From: Pseudomonadota bacterium
GTDB taxonomy: Bacteria > Desulfobacterota > Anaeroferrophillalia > Anaeroferrophillales > Tharpellaceae
Length of the DNA: 40,145 nt
Assembly: GCA_030641485.1 (NCBI GenBank)
Contig: DAOWHJ010000154.1
Span: 1-40,145, forward strand
Direction: 5' to 3'
Positions 29,701 through 37,354 of this stretch are shown one piece after another. The notes beneath the pieces are model-generated. The model ran no database searches. It was not told the origin of the DNA and saw only the letters and a program-made list of their open reading frames with translations. Position 1 is the first letter of the stretch. Every line of letters begins with the position of its first letter. Position numbers and translations under genes: made by a program.

Positions 29701-30603
29701 CTACTGCTTGCGCAGCACGATGCCCTTATGACACTTCATGCACTCACCGGTTTCATGGCAAACATTACAGCTCCGGAAGTTACGGTGGGCCGCTTCAGCA
29801 TGTCCGTTTTCACGCTGGTATGACATCCAGTCGCCGCGCTTGTGCGAGACCGGTTTCTGGTGTTTGTGGCAATCGGTGCAGTAGCCAGCAACATGACATG
29901 TAGCACAAACCCGGCGATCATGAGTGGCTTCAACCCCATGGCCTGAGGTCTTCCAGCCAAAGTTGTGGTCTTTTGGTTTCTCGGTCTGATGACATTTTTC
30001 GCAGAAAGCCTGGCGGTTGGAATGACAGCAGTAACAGGAGTCGGTAAGTTTGCTGGCAAAGCCATGCTTTGCATCCCAATCCTGGCTATGGTTTACCGGT
30101 GCTTTCTCAGCCCGGAGTTCTGTGTGGCAAGCCTCACAGTCGGTTGGGCCATCTTGGCTTTTGTGGCAGTTAAGGCAAAGGGCCATAGTTGGTCCTTTGT
30201 CGAAACCACGATCTTTATTAATGGCGTAGTGACATGATTCACAGTTGAGCTCAGTATGGGCTTCGTGGCTGAAAATCAGGTCGGCAAAGCCGATCGGTTT
30301 TGCCACACTCTTGATTTCGTAATCTTTGGCAGCGCTTTCGGGGGTATGGCAGAGTAGGCAGCCAGGTCCCGGTTCGTCAACATTGAAATCATGGCACTCT
30401 TGGCAAGTATCCATGGTTGCCGCTGTTCGGTTGCCGTCAGTATCAGTTTTGTGGCAGGTGTCACAACTGGCTTCCTGCTCGATGATATGGAAGCGGTGAC
30501 TAAACTTAAGACCCACTGATGATTTACAGGCTCCGAGAATCAGAGCTCCGAAAACTAAAGCCGCAAGTCCTATCCAGAGTAATCTTCTTTTTTGCTTGCA
30601 CAT
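29701..30603 (-). CDS. Dodecaheme c-type cytochrome lipoprotein
   Basis: Lipobox LGAC; 12 CxxCH motifs (CDTCH, CQECH, CLLCH, CESCH, CLNCH, CEACH, CYCCH, CEKCH, CATCH, CTDCH, CNVCH, CMKCH) in 300 aa. Confidence 0.92.
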   Translation of the reverse strand: MCKQKRRLLWIGLAALVFGALILGACKSSVGLKFSHRFHIIEQEASCDTCHKTDTDGNRTAATMDTCQECHDFNVDEPGPGCLLCHTPESAAKDYEIKSVAKPIGFADLIFSHEAHTELNCESCHYAINKDRGFDKGPTMALCLNCHKSQDGPTDCEACHTELRAEKAPVNHSQDWDAKHGFASKLTDSCYCCHSNRQAFCEKCHQTEKPKDHNFGWKTSGHGVEATHDRRVCATCHVAGYCTDCHKHQKPVSHKRGDWMSYQRENGHAEAAHRNFRSCNVCHETGECMKCHKGIVLRKQ

Positions 30604-30669
30604 AAAAATGTCCGTTTTTATAGTAAGGTTGTTTTGATTGCTTTAAAACTAAAAGCCGATTGATTTTCG

Positions 30670-32067
30670 TTAGAAATCAAGGTCTAGAGTTACTGTTAGT
30701 GAATTGATGTGATCAACCCCGAGCTCATCTTCATAGAAGTCATCCTGAGCGTATTCGTAAGCCAGTTCTACCCGTGAATAGGCACAAATTTTGTAGGCGA
30801 CTGCAGCCCGGTAGCTCGTTGACGCTTCGTTTTCAAGCAGGCTGTTAACATCTTCACTTTTATGGTAGTAGCCTAAAGAAATCTCTAATGTCTGAAAGAG
30901 TTCCTGCTCAAGGTCGGCAAACCAGGAGGTCGATTCGCCTTCGTAGAATTTATCACGCTTTTCCCACCAATGGCTGTATCCAGCACTAAAGTGCGAACCA
31001 TGGATACCGAAACCCTCATGGAGGTCAAATCCAGCAGTAATTCGGTGGAAGTCAGTATTGTAAATGTTTTCATCGTCACTGTGTGAGAGGTTGCGGTTGC
31101 AGTAACGGCCAAAAACGGTGAGTCCGTGAACGAAGGGGATGGGCTGACTTACGCGGACATCGAATTGTAGGTAGCTCTCTTCCTGCATCAGGTAGAGACG
31201 GTTCATTTCTGAGCTTAAAGCTTCATCAAGAGTATAGCTGAAGTCGAAAAGAAAATCGGCCTCGGAAGCGATGTCGTAACGTCGATAGATGGAAAAATCA
31301 AGGACCGTTCCGGTTGCCGCAATCGTGGTTTCAACCCCACCGTCAATAAATCGAGTATGGTCATTAATGAAGGCGACCCGGCTGCGTAATTTCCAAGAAT
31401 CTGAAGGCTGCCAGTAGAGGGCAGTTTCCCAAGAGGTCTCTTCAAAAATTACCGCATTTAGATCAATTGCAAGGCCAGGTAAAGGGCGAATTCGTAAGTT
31501 GGCACCACCAATTCCGCTCGGCCCAAGGTCATCGTAATGTTGGGTGATGAGCCCGCCGAAGGCCTCAATCTCAAGCCCTAAAAGTTGCGGTAGGTCGTAG
31601 CGGGCCCAGAGTCCGTCAAATTGGATGTTTTCAGCCCCATAAGCATACTGGCGACCGGCTCTTACTGTGAGTGCGTCAGTAAAGAGGCCACTCTTTTCTA
31701 GGTAAGCGTAATAACATTCAAAATCCTGCCGATGGCTGCCACGGCTATCGGTGTAATCCTGAAAAATCGAGCCCGAGCGAGTGCCATCAAGATCTTTGGC
31801 GTAGGTCACCATAGTCGAGAAGCTTAAGCCCTTGTCCTGCCAAATAACGTCAGCAGAGAGGGTCTCGAAAAAATCTTGGTCACTATTTTCATCTGTAACC
31901 ATATAGTCTGCCGGACTGTCTGACCACTGCAGTCTATACTCTGTGGTGCTGCGTAACGAAGCCTCCGCACCGCCTAATTCCAGAGCTGAAACGGGGGGTG
32001 TCAACAGGCAACATCCGATTATCAGTCCGGCTACAATCCTAAGTTGCCGCCATTGTAATCCAGCCAT
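30670..32067 (-). CDS. Outer-membrane beta-barrel (putative porin of a porin-cytochrome complex)
   Basis: Signal peptide ending PVSA; amphipathic Tyr/Phe-rich strands (AYLEK, VRAGRQY, FDGLWARY); C-terminal beta-signal SLTVTLDLDF; acidic; directly upstream of two multiheme cytochrome genes. Confidence 0.8.
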   Translation of the reverse strand: MAGLQWRQLRIVAGLIIGCCLLTPPVSALELGGAEASLRSTTEYRLQWSDSPADYMVTDENSDQDFFETLSADVIWQDKGLSFSTMVTYAKDLDGTRSGSIFQDYTDSRGSHRQDFECYYAYLEKSGLFTDALTVRAGRQYAYGAENIQFDGLWARYDLPQLLGLEIEAFGGLITQHYDDLGPSGIGGANLRIRPLPGLAIDLNAVIFEETSWETALYWQPSDSWKLRSRVAFINDHTRFIDGGVETTIAATGTVLDFSIYRRYDIASEADFLFDFSYTLDEALSSEMNRLYLMQEESYLQFDVRVSQPIPFVHGLTVFGRYCNRNLSHSDDENIYNTDFHRITAGFDLHEGFGIHGSHFSAGYSHWWEKRDKFYEGESTSWFADLEQELFQTLEISLGYYHKSEDVNSLLENEASTSYRAAVAYKICAYSRVELAYEYAQDDFYEDELGVDHINSLTVTLDLDF

Positions 32068-32166
32068 CTAAATAGTCCTTTTTGTTTTTGGTTTGCCAAG
32101 CACCAGTTTGGAGGTTGGCACTTGAATTCTCTTACGTTGACCACATTAGAGTTTGCTCATTGTCAT

Positions 32167-32205
32167 TTGACTCATTAACATACATTAACCCAGTGAATGA
32201 GTCAA
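32167..32205 (-). promoter_or_regulatory. Sigma70-type promoter of the porin-cytochrome operon, bracketed by a 10-bp inverted repeat
   Basis: Minus strand TTGACT (32205-32200), 17 nt, TATGTT (32182-32177); ttgactcatt (32167-32176) / aatgagtcaa (32196-32205). Confidence 0.55.
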
Positions 32206-32557
32206 GCAAAAAAATGCACAAACATAAATTTTACGGAGCTCCTATCGCGAACAAAATTATCTCCATGATACGAACCATAGGGCACCCTATAGAATGAGGT
32301 ATCATTTTATAAGGCTGTGTAATTGTTAATTCTTTATACAAAATACAAAGCATGATTAAGATTTAATTGCTAAATTGTTTGTAAGGTCTTCATGGTTGTC
32401 TGGTGGAGATTAAACTCGTTTAGCCGGAGGTCAATTATGTGCGTCTTTTGACCCAAATCGGTGGGTCGTTTAGTTTGTGTTGGTGGCTTGCTGTGGGCTC
32501 AAAAGGTATGTTTGGGAACCAATTGAAGGGGTTGCAAGTTTACTGAAAGTCTTAAGT

Positions 32558-32735
32558 TTGATGCCTTCGTAAAAAAAATTACCGGATGGCTAGGTAAAAA
32601 TTTCGATACACATGCTGTGGTGGTTTTTCAGGTGCGAGAGACTATACATGTAATATGTCGAGTGCATGAAAAACCACCACAGCTGGCACCCCAAAGGCAC
32701 TTCCCATGGGCGTAGATCGGACTTTTTTAGCCATC
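32558..32735. repeat. Palindromic intergenic repeat (REP/MITE-like), composite
   Basis: Ends gatggctaggtaaaaa / ttttttagccatc; perfect 17-bp internal IR gctgtggtggtttttca (32614-32630) / tgaaaaaccaccacagc (32667-32683); 29-nt module at 32686-32714 shared with 33611-33639. Confidence 0.75.
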
Positions 32736-32752
32736 AGGTTTGCGTAGGGCAC

Positions 32753-32788
32753 AAAAAAGGGCACCTGCGATATTTGCAGATGCCCTTT
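32753..32788 (-). terminator. Intrinsic terminator
   Basis: Minus strand aaagggcatctgcaa-ata-tcgcaggtgccc-tttttt, downstream of the 32833 gene. Confidence 0.75.
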
Positions 32789-32832
32789 GTCAAGTAAACA
32801 TACTTAAAATGTCAGTTGGCTTGATTTTGGTC

Positions 32833-33216
32833 TCAGTTTTGACCAACTGCCAAAGGAATTATGATTGCAGGAGCATCACTAACCTGTTTTTCAAGCTCAT
32901 GTTGGAGTTGTGGTGCCGCCTCAGCATTGTCGGCCAGCTTCTTTTTACGGAAGTGGTCAACAGAACAAAGCACAATTGAGAGAATCACAAATCCACCCCA
33001 CATTACAATCAGGGGGAAGACCAAGATGTTGAGGGCTGGAATAAAGGCTGCCGGAATCGCCATTATTCCAAAAAACTTACCCATCACCAGACAAACAGCT
33101 CCAATCTTGGTGAGTACCGAAATTTGTTGGATAAGCTCCAGGAAATCTGCTGCGTCTGTGTCTGCAGTGTGTTGACTGTAGTTACGGCTGTAAGTTCTAG
33201 CCTGGCTGGGACTCAT
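32833..33216 (-). CDS. Hypothetical membrane protein (about 2 TM helices)
   Basis: Hydrophobic core IGAVCLVMG..FVILSIVLC followed by RKKK; ATG 33216 with ggag RBS; own terminator. Confidence 0.6.
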   Translation of the reverse strand: MSPSQARTYSRNYSQHTADTDAADFLELIQQISVLTKIGAVCLVMGKFFGIMAIPAAFIPALNILVFPLIVMWGGFVILSIVLCSVDHFRKKKLADNAEAAPQLQHELEKQVSDAPAIIIPLAVGQN

Positions 33217-33375
33217 TCTCTTCTCCGTCACGCATGTGAATTATGGTGCTTAAGTGCGAACAGCTAATCGTCAAAAAAATATAAGCTATCTTCATAAAAC
33301 TAACCGATGGTGTGTTGATTGTCAAGTTTTTTTGCTCTGAACAAAAAAGATCCAATTTCGATCTTGTGAAATTTG

Positions 33376-33573
33376 TCAAGAACCAGGGAGTTTTTCTTCC
33401 TGTTTGAGCTCATTAGCTAGGTAGTATTCACTAGTTAAAGTACGCTCTACAATTTCATTGCCAAGCAGGCGTTCGAGGGCTTTAGTTGCCTCTTTGCATT
33501 TACCTCCTTCAAACCCAGCTAGATCAAGGTCAACCGTACCATCTGCACCAATTGTAATGTTGATTTTTTCCAT
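33376..33573 (-). CDS. DUF2997-family small protein
   Basis: I.ITIGADGTV..GFEGGKCKEATKALE..LG..TSEYY pattern; adjacent to DUF1257 and Ycf46-like genes. Confidence 0.8.
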   Translation of the reverse strand: MEKINITIGADGTVDLDLAGFEGGKCKEATKALERLLGNEIVERTLTSEYYLANELKQEEKLPGS

Positions 33574-33600
33574 TCTAATTTCACCCTCTAAATTTATTGT

Positions 33601-33670
33601 TGATGGATTCGCACCCCAAGGGCACTTCCTCTGGGCGTAAAAAGTACCGGACTTATTTACTTAGTCATCA
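33601..33670. repeat. Short copy of the palindromic repeat carrying the 29-nt module
   Basis: tgatggattc-[gcaccccaagggcacttcctctgggc]-gtaaaaagt...tttacttagtcatca; module is 26/29 identical to 32686-32714. Confidence 0.7.
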
Positions 33671-33679
33671 TTAGTTAGG

Positions 33680-34057
33680 TTAGGACTCCCGACTCAAAGT
33701 CATGCTTATAGTGCCCGCTTCATTTTCTTCGTTGGTTAGGAGGAAGCCCTGTTGAGCTAAAGTGTCCTTAACCACGTTGTAGGCATAGCGTTGATTTAAG
33801 GTGTCCATGAAAGTAGTTTGGTCAACGTCCTGAATCGAGTCCCAGTCAGCGACGACATCGTAGGTTTCTCCGTTAAAACGGAAACCGATGTCACAACCAC
33901 TTTTTGTCGGGATAATGAGGTCAGCTTTCTCTTTTTTCCAGAGCCAGCCCTTGGCTTTGAGTTTTCCCTCCTGATATTCTAGTTCCATGTCGCTGATCGC
34001 CTTTTTTAAAAAAACTTTGTCAGCAATTTTACTTTTAATCTTGGTGAAGTGTGACAT
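33680..34057 (-). CDS. DUF1257 (Ycf35-like) protein
   Basis: MSHFTKIK, DIGF, YDVVADW, LNQRYAY..V...QQGF signature. Confidence 0.88.
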   Translation of the reverse strand: MSHFTKIKSKIADKVFLKKAISDMELEYQEGKLKAKGWLWKKEKADLIIPTKSGCDIGFRFNGETYDVVADWDSIQDVDQTTFMDTLNQRYAYNVVKDTLAQQGFLLTNEENEAGTISMTLSRES

Positions 34058-34127
34058 GACATCTCTCCGAATTATTAATGTTAGTCAAACTGTGGGGTTA
34101 TACCTGATATGGAATCAGGCCAACCAG

Positions 34128-35618
34128 CTACGACTCGCTGTTTGCTTTTCGGGTTCTTTGCGCGGCCCAGGCTTTGAGCCCATCAATTTTTTCGCTCATT
34201 AAGCGTGAAATTGGGATGATTTCACTGACACTGGCAAGAACATCAGCTTCAGTAAATTCACGCTGATTGTCGTCAAATGCGTTAAACATTGCGTCATAGA
34301 TAATCTGCTCAATTTCAGCACCACTATAGTCGGTGGTCGCATCTGCAAGTTTTGTGAGGTCAAACTGGCGGATTACAGGGCGCACCTTTTCAAGCAGGAC
34401 CTTGAAAATTGCTTGGCGCTCTGAATTTGAGGGGAGATCGACAAAGAAAATTTCGTCAAATCGACCTTTACGCATCAACTCTGGAGGGAGTTGGGCAACG
34501 TCATTGCCGGTTGCAATAATAAAGACTGGTTTAGTTTTTTCCTGCATCCAAGTCAAAAAAGTTCCTAAAATACGAGCTGAAGTGCCACCATCACCGGCTG
34601 AGCCGGAACTGCCCGCAAAAGCTTTTTCAAGTTCATCGATCCAAAGAATGCAGGGGGAGATAGTTTCAGCCAGATTAATCGCCTGGCGTAGGTTCTGTTC
34701 AGATTCACCGAGGAGGCTGCCAAAGACCTTACCTAAGTCCATTCTTAGAAGAGGTAATTTCCAGAGCCCGGCAGTGGCCTTGGCAGCCAAGCTTTTACCA
34801 GTACCCTGGATGCCAATAATCAAAATCCCTTTCGGTGACGGAAGGCCGTAATCTTTGGCTTTGTGCGTGAAGACCTGGCTGCGTTTGCGCAGCCACCCTT
34901 TAAGATTTTCAAGTCCGCCAATGTCATTTAGGCTTTCCTGAACCGGAAAGAATTCTAGGATTTCACCTTTTCTGATGATGCCTCGCTTTTCCAGGAGAAT
35001 AATTTCAATTGCGCGCTCATCAATAGACCCATGGGTTATGATGATCTTGGAAAATAGATTCTTGATGTTAACCATCGACAGGCCCATGGTCGATTCGATA
35101 ATTTTCTCTTTTAGTTGAGGCGTGGGTGGTTTTCCTTGGGCCGCACTTACGACAATACTGTCAAGTTCTTTCTCGATCTCGGAGTAGCCCGGAAGTTCAA
35201 GTTCAAGTTGGCAAATGTCTTCGCGTAATTCAATGGGTAAGGTTGGGGTCGGGGTGGTCAGGACAATTGTTTTTTTTGTGAACTGAAGATCATGGTTGAG
35301 GTTCCTGAGGGATCTTAAAATGATACTTTCGCGAAAATGGAGATGAAAATCACGGAGAATAAAGAGAGCGTTACCTTTAAATTTCTTGATCTCCTGCAGA
35401 CAGGTGATAGGGTCAGCCCGGTCGCGATTTTTGATTCCGCCGAGGTCACCTTTGAGCGGGCTGAAACCATCACCCAAGTCCCAGACGATGATATTTTTGT
35501 CTTTGAAAAGTGGAGATTCACTCAGCATTGAGTGGAAGCGAGCCTCTTCATAAGTGATTATGTTTATCAGTGAATGGTTGCTGCGAATGGTTGTGTTAAG
35601 GCGCTCAAGAAAGTCCAT
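34128..35618 (-). CDS. Ycf46-family AAA+ ATPase
   Basis: Degenerate N-terminal P-loop domain (TYEEAR, LRDFH); DIGGLENLKGWL, Walker A GIQGTGKS, Walker B LWIDELEK, LMRKGRFDEIFFVDLP. ATG 35618 has a gagg RBS. Confidence 0.92.
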   Translation of the reverse strand: MDFLERLNTTIRSNHSLINIITYEEARFHSMLSESPLFKDKNIIVWDLGDGFSPLKGDLGGIKNRDRADPITCLQEIKKFKGNALFILRDFHLHFRESIILRSLRNLNHDLQFTKKTIVLTTPTPTLPIELREDICQLELELPGYSEIEKELDSIVVSAAQGKPPTPQLKEKIIESTMGLSMVNIKNLFSKIIITHGSIDERAIEIILLEKRGIIRKGEILEFFPVQESLNDIGGLENLKGWLRKRSQVFTHKAKDYGLPSPKGILIIGIQGTGKSLAAKATAGLWKLPLLRMDLGKVFGSLLGESEQNLRQAINLAETISPCILWIDELEKAFAGSSGSAGDGGTSARILGTFLTWMQEKTKPVFIIATGNDVAQLPPELMRKGRFDEIFFVDLPSNSERQAIFKVLLEKVRPVIRQFDLTKLADATTDYSGAEIEQIIYDAMFNAFDDNQREFTEADVLASVSEIIPISRLMSEKIDGLKAWAAQRTRKANSES

Positions 35619-35637
35619 ATCATCCTCTATCAATAAG

Positions 35638-35823
35638 CTATCCACATAAATTAAAAGACATTGCCTTGATTTGATCAGCTAAATTTTGGTTGCCAGTCAA
35701 ATTTAAGAGTAGTTCTTCATGGTTTTGTTCCAGGCCCCAGGCGCAGATCTCGCCGTCATCACTGATTCTGATATGGATTTTGGGACTAACATCAGAGGGC
35801 GTCTGCTCAGGATCTTTCTTCAT
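35638..35823 (-). CDS. Small hypothetical protein (61 aa) ending in LCG
   Basis: Start overlaps the Hsp70-like stop (ATGA coupling) and the ORF fills the gap to the AAA gene. Confidence 0.6.
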   Translation of the reverse strand: MKKDPEQTPSDVSPKIHIRISDDGEICAWGLEQNHEELLLNLTGNQNLADQIKAMSFNLCG

Positions 35824-37337
35824 TCCATACGCACCGATTTTTTACGTTTCCAGATAGTTTGATTGCGGCGTAAATCTTTTACCGTAATCAGGAGGTCACG
35901 GTTTAGACTTACATCAAAGGTGATTTCCAGGCGTTGTTCATTGTCCAGAGCCGGCGGATCTAAGGGGATGATCTCCGGTCGAGCCTGGTTGATGAATGAT
36001 TGTTGCTCATCGCCTAAATTCTCCTCCATCTGGATACGTCCGGCATCATCAATGACAATTTCTCGGTCGCTGCTACTTTCAGGGCGGTCCATCCGGATGA
36101 TGTCAAGTTCAACTTCAAGCTGACCAACAAAAAAGCCATTCGCAACAATACTCGTAATGCCATTTTGTGTCGGGTATGGTGTCCCTTTGGGGACAATTAT
36201 GTCATAGCGGTAGCCATCGCCCTTGGCGGTGCGACTCCGAATTGCATAGTTGGCTTTAATCGTGGCCTGACGCCCGCCCTTTTGCAGGTACTTTAAGGCC
36301 CCAATCGGGATAGCATCGTGGGTTCTGTGGCTTAAAAGTTTAGGTCCGAAAAAGTCTCTCATGATATCCTGGTAGTAAGGGGTTGGTAGACTCAAACCAC
36401 ACCCCAGTACATATGCGACGTTATCAAAGGTGACACCAAAACCTGAAGCCAGGTCAAAGAGGTCGCGCAGGAGCATCCGCAGCTCTTCGCCGTAACCCTT
36501 TTGATCGAGCAACTCATGGAGATCGTTGCGAGTTAAGGAGAGCTCAATGCCGTCGATCGTTTCACGGTAGTTAGGGTTGACGTTGAGTTTGCCCCTTATT
36601 TCCCGGGCTTTTTTCATGCTGAGCGGAAGTTTGTCGGCAAGAGAGTCGTGGATTACCTTGTCAATATCTACGCCACCGTAGTTTTTGTGCATACTGCAGA
36701 TGATCACACTTTGGAGCCTCGGCTCACGGTTGCTTTCGACAATCTTAATCAAGTAAAAATCGATAGTCGTGTAGCCGAACATGAGATAGACTAAATGCTG
36801 GTCAATTTGGCTGGCGAGATCGTATGCTAAGAGCGCGCAGACGGCTTCATCCACAATCTTGTAATTAATTAAACCGATCCTTAAGCAGAACTCCTCAATA
36901 GTAGAGGCAAAAATCTGGAAATTTAAGGGTTCAACAATGAAGACTATCATTGCCACCTGATCTTTACCGTAGAGCTCGTGGATACGGTCGATAATATTTA
37001 TCAAAAGATCGGCTGCCGCCTGAAAAGTGCTGATTTCCTGGTCCCCAATAATTCTGGGCAGGTACTGCTCCTTACCAATGTACTGTTTCATGTATCTGAA
37101 AGTTGCCGGAGAGCGGAATTTTTTGTGAGCAAAGACCTCTTGGCCGCAATAAATACGGTCCTCATAGCAGATCATCGCCGGGACCAAGTGGATCTTCTCC
37201 CGCCCTTTTGGGGTTTTGATTTCGACTGTAGTCGAAATGTCACCTAAATGAACGGATTCGATCACACCGCTTTTTTCATCCTGGCTGTAGATCTGCAGGT
37301 TGACGTTGTTGAAAAATATTGAGACAGTTTTGGCCAT
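35820..37337 (-). CDS. Hsp70/DnaK-like protein with degenerate ATPase motifs
   Basis: Hsp70 landmarks in order (VPAMI, FRYMKQYIG, IVDEAVCALLAY, GGVDID, LTRNDL..LL, AIPIGA, IVPKGTPYP, LEITFDV..LLITVKD), but the phosphate-binding loops are altered. Confidence 0.75.
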   Translation of the reverse strand: MAKTVSIFFNNVNLQIYSQDEKSGVIESVHLGDISTTVEIKTPKGREKIHLVPAMICYEDRIYCGQEVFAHKKFRSPATFRYMKQYIGKEQYLPRIIGDQEISTFQAAADLLINIIDRIHELYGKDQVAMIVFIVEPLNFQIFASTIEEFCLRIGLINYKIVDEAVCALLAYDLASQIDQHLVYLMFGYTTIDFYLIKIVESNREPRLQSVIICSMHKNYGGVDIDKVIHDSLADKLPLSMKKAREIRGKLNVNPNYRETIDGIELSLTRNDLHELLDQKGYGEELRMLLRDLFDLASGFGVTFDNVAYVLGCGLSLPTPYYQDIMRDFFGPKLLSHRTHDAIPIGALKYLQKGGRQATIKANYAIRSRTAKGDGYRYDIIVPKGTPYPTQNGITSIVANGFFVGQLEVELDIIRMDRPESSSDREIVIDDAGRIQMEENLGDEQQSFINQARPEIIPLDPPALDNEQRLEITFDVSLNRDLLITVKDLRRNQTIWKRKKSVRME

Positions 37338-37354
37338 TGATAGCTCTGGTTTTG

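Noticed and set aside
32082-32297. 71-aa + strand ORF upstream of the porin gene
   Set aside because: TTG start without an RBS, overlaps the predicted promoter region, and has no recognisable features.
32426-32526. GGAGG followed by ATG-TGC-GTC-TTT-TGA (M-C-V-F-U, a CxxU look-alike; 29 aa if read through) on the + strand
   Set aside because: The only nearby hairpin (gaccca/tgggtc) includes the UGA itself instead of lying about 11 nt downstream, and the peptide resembles nothing I recognise. Probably chance.
32558-33670. CRISPR array or complete IS element
   Set aside because: The shared 29-nt unit occurs only twice, about 900 nt apart with genes in between. There are no regular spacers and no cas or transposase gene.
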